This document shows positions 28,187-37,282 of a stretch of DNA of 41,983 nucleotides, piece by piece (position 1 is the stretch's first letter; each line of letters opens with the position of its first letter). Origin of the DNA: an uncultured bacterium (GTDB lineage: Bacteria; Hydrogenedentota; Hydrogenedentia; Hydrogenedentales; JAEUWI01); the NCBI GenBank assembly GCA_963977445.1, contig CAXBPH010000022.1:1-41983 (forward strand), written 5' to 3'. The notes under the pieces were generated by a model. The model saw nothing but the letters and a program-made list of their open reading frames with translations, had not been told where the DNA came from and ran no database searches. The translations under genes were made by a program, and so were the position numbers.

Positions 28187-29833
28187 CTACTTCGTGGAGC
28201 TGCCGATGGCGGCATCGGCTTCCCCAAACACGATCTTGGCGTGAGACACTTGTTCCCAGGCATCCTCAGGTATCTGCTCCGCCATCGCCTTCGCTTTCTG
28301 AAGCGACGCCATTGCTTTCGCGGCGTCGCCCAACGAAAACTCGTTCAACGCGGCGTATGCCAATGCCAGGGTGAGAATGTTGGGCATGTCGGTGTTTTCC
28401 ATGGTTTTTTGGAGCCAGGTGCGCGCTTCCTCGTGGGCTCCAGCGCGATACTGAGCCATGGCCTGAGAGAGATAGATCCACGCGCGCCCCTTGTGCTTCG
28501 GGTCGGCATTGTCCACGCCAACTTGCGCGAGGTTCACGCTCTTTGCCAACAACGTCTGGTCGCTGGCTCCTGGGTAAATAAGATAGGTTTTCGCAGCGTG
28601 TTCGGCATCGAACGGATCCGTAGTGTCGGCAAATTTATCCAGGACCCAACGGGAAAAGGATTCGTGTCCATCTTTGTCCTCCATAAGCGTATAGACAATG
28701 CCGAACAGTACCGCGTCATGGGACGAGATCAGCGATGGCTCGCGGGTACGTACCTCCTCAAGCGCCGCGACGGCTTTTAGATAGTTGCCTTCCCGTGCGA
28801 GTTGGAGTGCCCGCTCACGTAGCGCTTTTGGTGATTCGTTTTGGGGAAGTGGCTGGGCGACCGTCGGAGCTGAAGGGACGGATTCTTTCAGCAGCTGCTC
28901 CGCTTCGGCAAGGGCGAGTTTTGAGGTAAGTATATTGTTCCAGGATTGGCTATACGCTTTCGTACCGGGTGCAGGGAGCTTTGCGACCGCTGCGCGGGCA
29001 TCTGCAATCCGCGCAAGACCTGTCGTTTCGTTTCCGGTCGCATACTCGGTCATGGCCGCATAGGCGAGGGCGAGACTTTGAAGGACGAGGGGATCGTTCC
29101 CAATTTCCTTCTCCAATATCGCACGGGCATCCTGATAGCGCTTTTGGCGATAGGCCGCAATCCCTTGTGAAACCCTACCCCATTGCCCCATGCCGCTTTT
29201 CTCATTTTGAACAAAATAGTCTATCCGTTTGGACGCCTCTGCCAGGAGTGCCGGGTCATTGGCATCGGGATGGATAACATAGGCTTTACCCGTTCGCTCT
29301 GCATCCACCGGTTTCTTGTTTCCCGGAAACTGCGTAAACATCCATCGGCACAGGGCCTCATGTTCAGCGCGGTCGCCCAACTGCAGGTAGATTGCTGCAA
29401 CGCTCAGCGAATCGATAGACGCAATCGCATCGGGATGTACTTTTCGCACCGCTTCGAAGAGTTCAATGGCCTCCTGGTATTTTCCCTCGGCGGCCAGGGC
29501 GTTTACGAGTTCGAGGCGTTCCTCGGGCGAAACCATGGGGTCCGCTACCAGTGTGTTTGGCGTCGCGTCTTTCTCCGACACGGAGCCCTTTCCCAGCAGG
29601 AAGGCACCAAGTACCAGCGCTACAATGAACGCACCGACGGCAAGGCGTGTGGACGTGCGTACGTGCGAAGTGCTACCCGGCGGGGCCGCTGTTGGCTGGC
29701 CCGCCACGAGATTCTCTGGACGTCCCGGTACAGTAAAGGTCTGCTGGCAGTGTTTACATCCACCAGTTTGACCGGCGTATTCCTCAGGTATTTGCAGGGT
29801 CTGGCGGCAATGGGGACAGTTCAATGTGATCAT
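28187..29833 (-). CDS. Zinc-ribbon + TM + duplicated TPR-like domain protein
   Basis: CPHC...CKHC, one TM segment, then two visibly homologous helical modules of about 200 aa. Confidence 0.85.
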   Translation of the reverse strand: MITLNCPHCRQTLQIPEEYAGQTGGCKHCQQTFTVPGRPENLVAGQPTAAPPGSTSHVRTSTRLAVGAFIVALVLGAFLLGKGSVSEKDATPNTLVADPMVSPEERLELVNALAAEGKYQEAIELFEAVRKVHPDAIASIDSLSVAAIYLQLGDRAEHEALCRWMFTQFPGNKKPVDAERTGKAYVIHPDANDPALLAEASKRIDYFVQNEKSGMGQWGRVSQGIAAYRQKRYQDARAILEKEIGNDPLVLQSLALAYAAMTEYATGNETTGLARIADARAAVAKLPAPGTKAYSQSWNNILTSKLALAEAEQLLKESVPSAPTVAQPLPQNESPKALRERALQLAREGNYLKAVAALEEVRTREPSLISSHDAVLFGIVYTLMEDKDGHESFSRWVLDKFADTTDPFDAEHAAKTYLIYPGASDQTLLAKSVNLAQVGVDNADPKHKGRAWIYLSQAMAQYRAGAHEEARTWLQKTMENTDMPNILTLALAYAALNEFSLGDAAKAMASLQKAKAMAEQIPEDAWEQVSHAKIVFGEADAAIGSSTK

Positions 29834-30144
29834 AGGGCAGACTCCTCCTCAGGCCGCCTTCACCAATTAGACGGGCCGTTCGACATCGTAGTGCTGGTTC
29901 GGCGATTCTAACCGGGATGGGGTACGGTGTCAATTGGGTGCTGCGGCGAATTTAACAAGGCCGGATTCAACGATTCCAGCTCTACATTCCAATTTCCCCT
30001 GTGTTATTCTTAGTATGCTGCGGGCGCGGCGTCTTTCGGGGCGGCGCGCACTGCGTAGATTCGAAGCACGTCCAACACGGCTGGAGAAAGACCAACATGT
30101 TTGCCAATAGAGAACAGAAAATTACCACGGGCACACGGAAGGCC

Positions 30145-31122
30145 ATGAATGTGGCCATCATCGGGTGCAGTGGCATGGGACGCATTCACGCCCAGATGGC
30201 GGCCAATTGCGGCCTCAACATCACCATCTGCGCCGACAAGTCGAAGAAGGCGGCGTCGGAATTGGCGGCGATTTATGGCGCCAAAGTCATGACCGATGGG
30301 CTGAAGGCGGCCGCAAGCAAAGACATCGATTGTGTCTTGATTGCGACGCCCACCACGACCCACCTCATGTTTGTGGAAGCGGCGGCCAAAGCCGGCAAGC
30401 ACATTTTTTGTGAAAAGCCTCTCGCACGGACCGCGGCCGACTGCAAGAAAGCCATTGCCGCCGCGAAGAAGGGCAAAGTGAAACTCTTCGTTGGCCACGT
30501 GGTGCGTTACTTCCACGAGTTCGAAGGAATGAAAGCCCAGGTTGAAGCCGGAAAAGTCGGCGAGCCGGGCTATGTGAAAATCTACCGGGGCGGCATGTTC
30601 CCCGGTGGCCCCAAAGGCTGGTTTGCCAACTATGAGATGAGCGGTGGTGTTACTTTCGACTGTGCCATCCACGATATGGATTGGGTGCGCTACGTCTTTG
30701 GCGAGCCCGAGCGCATCTTTTGCCAGGCCCTGCTGAAGAACGGGCCTGTGCCGATGGATTATTCGCAGAGTAACATTCGCCTGAAGAATGGCATGATTGC
30801 GACCATCATCGGCACCTGGGCGCACCCCAGCGGCTTCCAGGTGAAGGCGGAAATCTGCGGCGATGGCGGCATGATTCAATACGACAGCAAAGAGGCCCCT
30901 ATCAGCACCATGGTGCGCGATACGGGCGATGGCCCCAGCATGGTGGTGCCGGCGAGTCCCGTTGCCGAGAGCCCCTATCAGCGCGAGTGGGAAGACTTCA
31001 TCGCGTGGGTGCAGGATAAGAAGCACAAGCCCCGCGTTATGCCGGAAGACGGTCTCATTGCCGTACAGATGGCCGAAGCTGCATTGAAATCCTCCGCAAC
31101 CGGCAAACCGGTTAAGCTGTAG
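30145..31122 (+). CDS. Gfo/Idh/MocA family oxidoreductase
   Basis: IIGCSGMG, TPT..H, CEKP, GHVVRYF, SGG...D..IHD.D. Confidence 0.93.
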   Translation: MNVAIIGCSGMGRIHAQMAANCGLNITICADKSKKAASELAAIYGAKVMTDGLKAAASKDIDCVLIATPTTTHLMFVEAAAKAGKHIFCEKPLARTAADCKKAIAAAKKGKVKLFVGHVVRYFHEFEGMKAQVEAGKVGEPGYVKIYRGGMFPGGPKGWFANYEMSGGVTFDCAIHDMDWVRYVFGEPERIFCQALLKNGPVPMDYSQSNIRLKNGMIATIIGTWAHPSGFQVKAEICGDGGMIQYDSKEAPISTMVRDTGDGPSMVVPASPVAESPYQREWEDFIAWVQDKKHKPRVMPEDGLIAVQMAEAALKSSATGKPVKL

Positions 31123-31182
31123 CGGTTATCGCCCTCGTGGCGTGAGTCGCCTGGAAAATTGAACGCCGAGATGCCAGAACAC

Positions 31183-31266
31183 GTCATTCCCGCGCAGGTG
31201 GGAATCCAGTAACGCGGTCACGGTTACTGTGTATTCGCTCTGGATCCTCACCTTCGCGGGGATGAC
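31183..31266. repeat. GTCATTCCCGCG-type palindromic element (RPE/REP-like)
   Basis: GTCATTCCCGCGCAGGTGGGAATCCAG...CTGGATCCTCACCTTCGCGGGGATGAC, an imperfect 27-bp IR. Confidence 0.85.
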
Positions 31267-31324
31267 ATTGTTCCACGGCTTAATTTAATTGCCTGCGTTA
31301 ATGCGTAGAAAGGTACTATGTATC

Positions 31325-32308
31325 ATGGCTAAAATCGGAATCATGAGTTTTGCTCACATGCACGCCCAGAGTTATGCGGCGTGCCTCAATGCCCTGCCCA
31401 ACGCCGAACTTGGCGGTATCTGGGATGACAACCCCAAACGGGGAAAAAAGATGGCCAAAGATTTTGGCACGACCTTCACGGGCAAGCTGGATAAATTCCT
31501 CGCCGGTGATCTCGATGGCGTCATCATCTGTTCGGAAAACGTAAAACACCGCGACATGGTCGAAGCGGCCGCCCTCGCGGGCAAATGGATTCTCTGTGAA
31601 AAGCCCCTGGCACCCACGGTAAAAGAATCCAAAGAAATGATAGCGATTTGTAAAAAGGCGGGCGTCGGCCTGGGTACGGCCTTCCCCTGTCGCTTTGCGC
31701 CGACGTTGATGGACGCCCGCGCCCAGATTCAGTCGGGCGCCTTCGGCGAAATCCTCGCGATTGCCTGCACCAACCACGGACAATGTCCCTTCGACTGGTT
31801 TGTTGATGAGAAACTTTCCGGTGGTGGCGCAACCATGGACCACACCGTACACGTGGCTGATGCACTCCGTTGGATTATGGAAAAAGAATTCACCAAGGTC
31901 TACTGCGAGAAGGGCAACCTGCTCCACAAGAAGACCATCAAGACCGACGACCTCGGCATGCTCAATCTGGAGATGGAAGGTGGCATTCAGGTTTCCCACA
32001 TCGCCAGCTGGAGCCGGGCCAAGAGCTATCCCACCTGGGGCGATGTGACCATGGAGTTCATCGGAACGGGCGGCGTACTCAATGTGGATGCCTTCAATCA
32101 GAAGGTCAATGTCTACAACGACGCCACCATGCGCACCGAATGGGCACCCTATGGGGACAACCCCGATATGGGTCTCGTGAGTGACTTCGTCAACGCCTGT
32201 GACGAGCGCATCGCGCCGAGCGTCACCGGTGAAGACGGGTTGCGTGCTACGGAAGTGACGGTAGCGGCCTATAAGTCTGCGAAGTCGAAGACCATGGTGA
32301 AAATCTAG
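31325..32308 (+). CDS. Gfo/Idh/MocA family oxidoreductase
   Basis: IGIMSFAHMHA.SY, CEKP, AFPCRF, GGGATMDHTVH..D. Confidence 0.93.
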   Translation: MAKIGIMSFAHMHAQSYAACLNALPNAELGGIWDDNPKRGKKMAKDFGTTFTGKLDKFLAGDLDGVIICSENVKHRDMVEAAALAGKWILCEKPLAPTVKESKEMIAICKKAGVGLGTAFPCRFAPTLMDARAQIQSGAFGEILAIACTNHGQCPFDWFVDEKLSGGGATMDHTVHVADALRWIMEKEFTKVYCEKGNLLHKKTIKTDDLGMLNLEMEGGIQVSHIASWSRAKSYPTWGDVTMEFIGTGGVLNVDAFNQKVNVYNDATMRTEWAPYGDNPDMGLVSDFVNACDERIAPSVTGEDGLRATEVTVAAYKSAKSKTMVKI

Positions 32309-32340
32309 GCGGTCGACCGCCATGCAGCGTAGATGACCTT

Positions 32341-32374
32341 CCGCCAGCCTCACGATGGGGCTGGCGGTTTTTTT
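32341..32374 (+). terminator. Rho-independent terminator
   Basis: CCGCCAGCCTC-ACGAT-GGGGCTGGCGG followed by T7. Confidence 0.88.
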
Positions 32375-32465
32375 GGTTCTTCGTCGATTTACGCGAATGG
32401 TTTGATAGCTTCTTAGAGCGAACGTCCGTATTCCAATACGTTTTCTTAGCGAAGGGAGGGAACGC

Positions 32466-32690
32466 GCCCCAAAGGGGCAATGCAGCATAGTCCGCCGAGG
32501 CGGACAACGCCCAGGGAGTACGGAACCCTCAATAGTATAAGCCCTGAAAGGGCGGCACAGGCCAAATCGTCATGCAAAAAGTCAACCGTTGCAATCATCT
32601 TTCTGCGTCGCCCTTTCAGGGCTACTGGGTGAAGGCCACGGGATCTCAGGGCGTTGCCCTGAGCTAGGCTGCGCTGGCCCTTCGGGCCGA
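32466..32690. repeat. Inverted doublet of about 90-bp GCCCTGAAAGGGC-type units (REPIN-like)
   Basis: 32540-32560 and 32603-32623 match as an IR at 19/21. Each unit also has a GCCC(N)AAGGG hairpin and a CAACGCCC motif. Confidence 0.8.
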
Positions 32691-32873
32691 ATGAATAACG
32701 TTCGCGTGTCCCCGGGCAGGCTCGGTGAGCGGATATGTGCGTAATAACACCCTTGATCCCCCCCGCTACGTAAGGGTGGCACACCCATAAGGAATCATTG
32801 TAGTCTTTGGCGGAATGGGGGGCTACGCACCCCGAACGTGAAATGACCATTCTGGACATATCGTCACGTCTGA

Positions 32874-33461
32874 TTAGTCGGCTTTTCCGCTTGTCTGGGT
32901 GCAGTCGTCATACAAGTCAAAAAAGACGTCGCGAATGTTGCCCTTGTTTTGATTAAAATGTTCCCGGGCACGGGGCCACCGGGATTCCAGATCCTCCGGA
33001 TTCAACTCACCCAGCAACTCTCGAAGGGTCGCCTGACAGGATTGAGTACGGTACAGGGTGGGCAAGCGGCCCGGCGTGTGGGTGGTTACGATGAAGCCCC
33101 GGAGCCGGCGTGCGGTCCAGCAGACCCAACGCCAGGTGAGGGCGTCGAGTTGTTCCGCGCCATCGAGAATGAGCACGGTGTCCTTCGGCGTATCGCGCAC
33201 GATGCGACGTGCCACTCGGCCTGGCCTTGGCGTCTCTTCGTTGAGGAAGCCATAGGTTACCGCAAGGCCCGTCGCCGCCAATCGCTCCTGGGTTTCCAGC
33301 ATCAAGGTGGTCTTGCCCGTGCCATGGGGTCCAACAATGGCACCGCGATATTGGTGGGTGGCCAAGGTGTTCAAAAAGGCCTCCCACGTGAATCCGGGGG
33401 CGCGGTAGGCGAGGGACTCAATCCGCGACACCCGAAAGGGATTGGTGTCCGCCGTTACCAC
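32874..33461 (-). CDS. Small P-loop NTPase (AAA+-like)
   Basis: N-terminal NPF, Walker A GPHGTGKTT, Walker B LILDGAEQL, IVTTH, GNIRD. Confidence 0.85.
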   Translation of the reverse strand: MVTADTNPFRVSRIESLAYRAPGFTWEAFLNTLATHQYRGAIVGPHGTGKTTLMLETQERLAATGLAVTYGFLNEETPRPGRVARRIVRDTPKDTVLILDGAEQLDALTWRWVCWTARRLRGFIVTTHTPGRLPTLYRTQSCQATLRELLGELNPEDLESRWPRAREHFNQNKGNIRDVFFDLYDDCTQTSGKAD

Positions 33462-33462
33462 G

Positions 33463-33831
33463 TCAATCGACCTTCTGGAGCTTCACCTGTTCCACCCAGG
33501 GCGAAACGATGAGGTCGAGGCGCTCCACCTGTTTGCCCTTGTTGAACACCAGCTCGATGGCCCATTTCAGTGTTATGAGTTGCCCCTGGAAACTGTAGGG
33601 CAAGGTGGGGATGGTAAAGCGGAAGGTGCCTTTCCCATTGCGATGGGTCGTGGGCAATGCCAGCTCCTCCACCACGCCCACGTCCTGGGTGCCCCGTCCG
33701 TCGGTGTACCAGAAAAGTCGAAGGGCGGCCCGTTTTGGTGCGTCCTCCAAATCCCATTCGGCCACACCATCGATGACTTGGCCAGGGACCAATCCGGTGG
33801 GATCCTGATTGAGTTGCAACGAGATATTCAT
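33463..33831 (-). CDS. Small beta-sandwich protein, arrestin-N/SpoOM-like
   Basis: PGQVIDG.AEW, LRLFWYTDGRG, FRFTIP..PYSFQG.LI...W; GGAG RBS. The CDS is secure; the fold call is inference. Confidence 0.78.
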   Translation of the reverse strand: MNISLQLNQDPTGLVPGQVIDGVAEWDLEDAPKRAALRLFWYTDGRGTQDVGVVEELALPTTHRNGKGTFRFTIPTLPYSFQGQLITLKWAIELVFNKGKQVERLDLIVSPWVEQVKLQKVD

Positions 33832-33843
33832 GGGATTCTCCAA

Positions 33844-35046
33844 TCAGCTTTCGCGGAATTCGGCAGGTACGTGGGTGACCGGGTGTTCCAGCGGCAAGGG
33901 CGATACGGGGAGCGAAAACGTTTCGTTCACATCGGGCCACCGGTGGATGTCCCCGTGGACCGTGACACTCCACACGATTTTGTTGTTGGGTCCCTCAAAG
34001 GACGGCGCTGAAAATTCGGGAACGTTAAAGGACAGGCGACCCAGCGTTATCTCACCCGCTACGGTTGTGTCCAAAAGCACGACTTTCTCAAAGACCGAGG
34101 TGTCGGTCGTGGTGGTCGTGCCCCGTCGATAGGTGGCTTTCTCTTCGCCCTTGAGCGTAATCGTGAGTTTGCTGATACGCGCCGTGTTGCCCCGGAAAGA
34201 CCACGTCAACTCGGCACCGCCACCCAGCGGAAGAAATCCCGGACGGATAATCATTTCGGGCTTGGGATTGAATAGGGCCAAGGCATAATATAGCACACCG
34301 AACATGACACCGATGCCGACCAGGCCAAAGGGAATGAGGAAAAGGAGGGGCGCAATCTCCTTGGAATTCTCCTGGAGCATGCTCCAGAGAACGGTGAACA
34401 CAACACCGTTCCAGACGAGCCCGAAGAAAAGAAAGAATAGCATCGTAAATAGACCCGATTGGGCCGCCTTGAGCGAAAGACTTTCCTCATGGGGTGCGAA
34501 GGTCTGCTGGGGCTGGGCAACGGTTTTCCCTGCGCTGGATATGCCCCGGTCACGGGGGCCCCGCATGCGAATGAAAAGCATGCCCAGTGCAATCGTGACA
34601 AAGAGGAGGCCGAAGGTGCCGATGAGATAGCCGAAGCTGAAATCACGGTTAAGGACCGCCTCATTTGGATCATCTGGATTGACATAGCAGCGACGTTCTT
34701 GACCTGCGGGATACTGAGATACGATAGCCTCTTTGCCGCTCCTGCCCGACGAGCTGCCGCTGAAAAAATTATATTGATCGCCGGTAAACGTCGCGTTCCC
34801 CCAGGCGTAGGTATACCGAATACGCACACTGTAGGTTGTCCCGTCGGACGAGCTATGGCTGTTGACCTCACTACTCTCTATGGTGCACGGCACCGTTTCC
34901 CACGACTGAGCCCCATACCAGTTGCTCAAGGGGATGGCGCTGAGCATGATAAACACGCCCGAACCCACCAACAGAAAGATCGCGATGACAAAATAGATCA
35001 CCAGACCTTCCATCAGCGGCGAGCGCTTTTTTGAGATTGATTTCAT
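33844..35046 (-). CDS. DUF3592-domain membrane protein with C-terminal beta-sandwich domain
   Basis: TM, then W..V.C.I..S...Y.Y...YP.G....CYVNPDDP.EAVL, three more TMs, and a soluble domain with PSFEGPNNKIVW. Confidence 0.85.
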   Translation of the reverse strand: MKSISKKRSPLMEGLVIYFVIAIFLLVGSGVFIMLSAIPLSNWYGAQSWETVPCTIESSEVNSHSSSDGTTYSVRIRYTYAWGNATFTGDQYNFFSGSSSGRSGKEAIVSQYPAGQERRCYVNPDDPNEAVLNRDFSFGYLIGTFGLLFVTIALGMLFIRMRGPRDRGISSAGKTVAQPQQTFAPHEESLSLKAAQSGLFTMLFFLFFGLVWNGVVFTVLWSMLQENSKEIAPLLFLIPFGLVGIGVMFGVLYYALALFNPKPEMIIRPGFLPLGGGAELTWSFRGNTARISKLTITLKGEEKATYRRGTTTTTDTSVFEKVVLLDTTVAGEITLGRLSFNVPEFSAPSFEGPNNKIVWSVTVHGDIHRWPDVNETFSLPVSPLPLEHPVTHVPAEFRES

Positions 35047-35110
35047 GGTCCAAACTCCTCAAAAACTACCATACGAGAGTGTTAGCCGTGATGCAAGGCG
35101 CAAGAGATGT

Positions 35111-35776
35111 TCAGGCGCCCTCGCGCAGGGGGAGGAGGGCCTCGGCGATCTGGAGATCCTCTTCCGTCTTGATGATGTGCCCCGCCAGGCGGTCCAGCAC
35201 GTGGAAGCCTACCGTACCCGCGTAGGTGGCGGTCGCTCCGGCGGCGAAGGCCTCCAGATAGGTGCGCCGTCGCCATCCGGTAATGCTCCAGCTGATGCGT
35301 TGCACCGGGCGGAGTTCCTGGGAGTTTGTCTTTTCCGTGAAGCTGAAATTGATGGGTTCGCCATCCAAGGCACATTCGATTTGTTCATGGGTGCAGCTCA
35401 GGAAAGTGTCAACGTTTTCGTGAACCATGGCTGCCACAAACTGACCTACCTGGGAGGCGGTGAGCAGGGGCGCAATAGAATGAACCTGAAACACCCGGTC
35501 GCAGGGGTGCTGCAGCAGAAACTCGTTGACGAATTGCTCGCTGGTGGCCGTATTGTTGGCGAGGGCTTCCGGGCGTTTGTGAAATTGGACGCCTTCTGCG
35601 GTCGCCATCTCGCCAAAGGCGTCGTGCTCTGAGTTTACCCAGATTTCATCGAAGCAATTCGCCGCCTGGCATTTGCGTATGGCCCGCACCAGCGTTGGGA
35701 CGCCACCGAGTTCACGCAGGTTTTTCTGCTTCAGGCGCTGGCTGCCCATGCGGGCGGGAATCATGGCAATATTCAT
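35111..35776 (-). CDS. Acylneuraminate cytidylyltransferase family (NeuA/KdsB-like)
   Basis: IPARMGSQRLKQKN, FDEIWVNS, RPEALA, NSQEL.P. Confidence 0.88.
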   Translation of the reverse strand: MNIAMIPARMGSQRLKQKNLRELGGVPTLVRAIRKCQAANCFDEIWVNSEHDAFGEMATAEGVQFHKRPEALANNTATSEQFVNEFLLQHPCDRVFQVHSIAPLLTASQVGQFVAAMVHENVDTFLSCTHEQIECALDGEPINFSFTEKTNSQELRPVQRISWSITGWRRRTYLEAFAAGATATYAGTVGFHVLDRLAGHIIKTEEDLQIAEALLPLREGA

Positions 35777-35795
35777 GCGTGGGTCTTAGGCTCTT

Positions 35796-36287
35796 TTAAG
35801 AGATAGTGGCTTGGGGTTGCACGGCGTCCAGCAAGACTTTTATAACAACCTTGCGCACGTTCTCACTTGCACCGCCGACCAGCTGTTGGGCCGTGTGTCC
35901 GTCGTCGGGATAAAACACGGAGAAATAGCCGGGGCGATTATTCACGGTGCCGGTGACGTGGTCGGGGCGGTCAAAAAGGAGGTAGTCATTTTCGCTGTCG
36001 TAGGCTTTGTTGAGGGTGAGGCCATCGCGGCTGAACCAGTCGATAGCTTCGGAACCGTCGAGGGACATCTGGATGTCGATGTACTTCTCGTGGGCTTCCA
36101 CGGTTGTGCCTTCCGGGCCCCGAGTCGGATAGGACATGACGCGGTAGAGGAGGGTGTCCCCGTCGATGGAAACAAGACCATCATTATCGGCGCTGTCGGT
36201 CGCCAGGGTCTCCAAAAATTCAAAGGCCTGGGTCCACACGGGACCGGAAAAGTGCTGGCGCCAGTCAGAAAGTTTTGCGGCAATCAT
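35796..36287 (-). CDS. YhcH/YjgK/YiaL (DUF386) family protein
   Basis: EAHEKYIDIQ...G.E, YD..ND, F.VFYPDDGH, VRKVVIKV. Confidence 0.92.
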   Translation of the reverse strand: MIAAKLSDWRQHFSGPVWTQAFEFLETLATDSADNDGLVSIDGDTLLYRVMSYPTRGPEGTTVEAHEKYIDIQMSLDGSEAIDWFSRDGLTLNKAYDSENDYLLFDRPDHVTGTVNNRPGYFSVFYPDDGHTAQQLVGGASENVRKVVIKVLLDAVQPQATIS

Positions 36288-36290
36288 GAA

Positions 36291-37217
36291 TTACTTCTCC
36301 TGGAGACCAAGGTCTCGCAATAAATTGTTAACCGCCTCGCTTTCCATCTGGAGGCGGCATTGTTCCGTGTAGGTGCCCACGTGGGGCGTCAGGATGGCCT
36401 GGTCAAATTCCGTGAGTTTCCCCCTATAGGGTTCCTCCCAGAAGGCATCAAACCAGGTTCCCGCAACGATACCGGATTTCAGCGCGTCGAGCAAGGCAGA
36501 CTCATCCACCAGCCCGCCCCGTGCGCCATTTAAGAGCAACACACCGGGCTTCATCCGGGAAAAGGCTTCTCTGCCCAGCACACAGTCCTCGCCACTGGCG
36601 TGTAGTGATATGGCGTCGGCCTGGGCCAGACCTTCAGCCAATTCGACGGAGGTCACGTGGGGCAGGGGGCTTCCCGGCGCGATAGCAGGATCGTGCACCA
36701 GGACCTTCGCGCCAAAGGCCAGCAATAATTCACCGACCCGGCGACCAATGCGACCATAGCCAATCAGCAGCACCGTCGTTCCCCGTAGTCCGAGACCGAT
36801 AGATTTGGTCCATGCGCCTCCGTGTAGCGCGGCATTGGTGGGGATGAGTTGCCGCGCCAGGGCCAATAGCGCCGCCATCGTCATCTCTGCGACCGCATCA
36901 ATGGGGCCGTCTGGTGTGCTGGAGACGGCAATGCCCAACTCCGCAGCAGCGTCGAAGTCCACATTGGCCACACCGATGCCGACGCGGGCCAGGGCCTTCA
37001 GTCGGGGATGGGCGGAGGACAAGACCCTTCGATTGAGCGGTTCCAGACCGGCGATAAGGCCATCCACTCCGGCGAGATGTTCGATGATCTCCGATTCCGT
37101 GAGACGGCGTCCAAAGGGGTTGGGTTGTACTTCGATGCCGGCGGCTTCCAGCAATTGGAGTGGCCGGGTATCTTTCTCCGCAAAGGAAGAGGGGCCAATG
37201 GCTACCCGAAGGGACAT
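36291..37217 (-). CDS. D-isomer-specific 2-hydroxyacid dehydrogenase (SerA-like, no ACT domain)
   Basis: ARVGIG, AVAE, IGYGRIG, LNGARGGLVDE, DAF.EEP, LTPHVG; TAAGGA RBS. Confidence 0.92.
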   Translation of the reverse strand: MSLRVAIGPSSFAEKDTRPLQLLEAAGIEVQPNPFGRRLTESEIIEHLAGVDGLIAGLEPLNRRVLSSAHPRLKALARVGIGVANVDFDAAAELGIAVSSTPDGPIDAVAEMTMAALLALARQLIPTNAALHGGAWTKSIGLGLRGTTVLLIGYGRIGRRVGELLLAFGAKVLVHDPAIAPGSPLPHVTSVELAEGLAQADAISLHASGEDCVLGREAFSRMKPGVLLLNGARGGLVDESALLDALKSGIVAGTWFDAFWEEPYRGKLTEFDQAILTPHVGTYTEQCRLQMESEAVNNLLRDLGLQEK

Positions 37218-37282
37218 GTCAGTATTCCTTATGCTGCTTAGAAGCGGTGATGGCCGCAAGTGAGGGCTTGACGCCACACCCG

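Noticed and set aside
32446..32859. 137-aa minus-strand ORF
   Set aside because: It spans palindromic repeat units and shows no protein motif.
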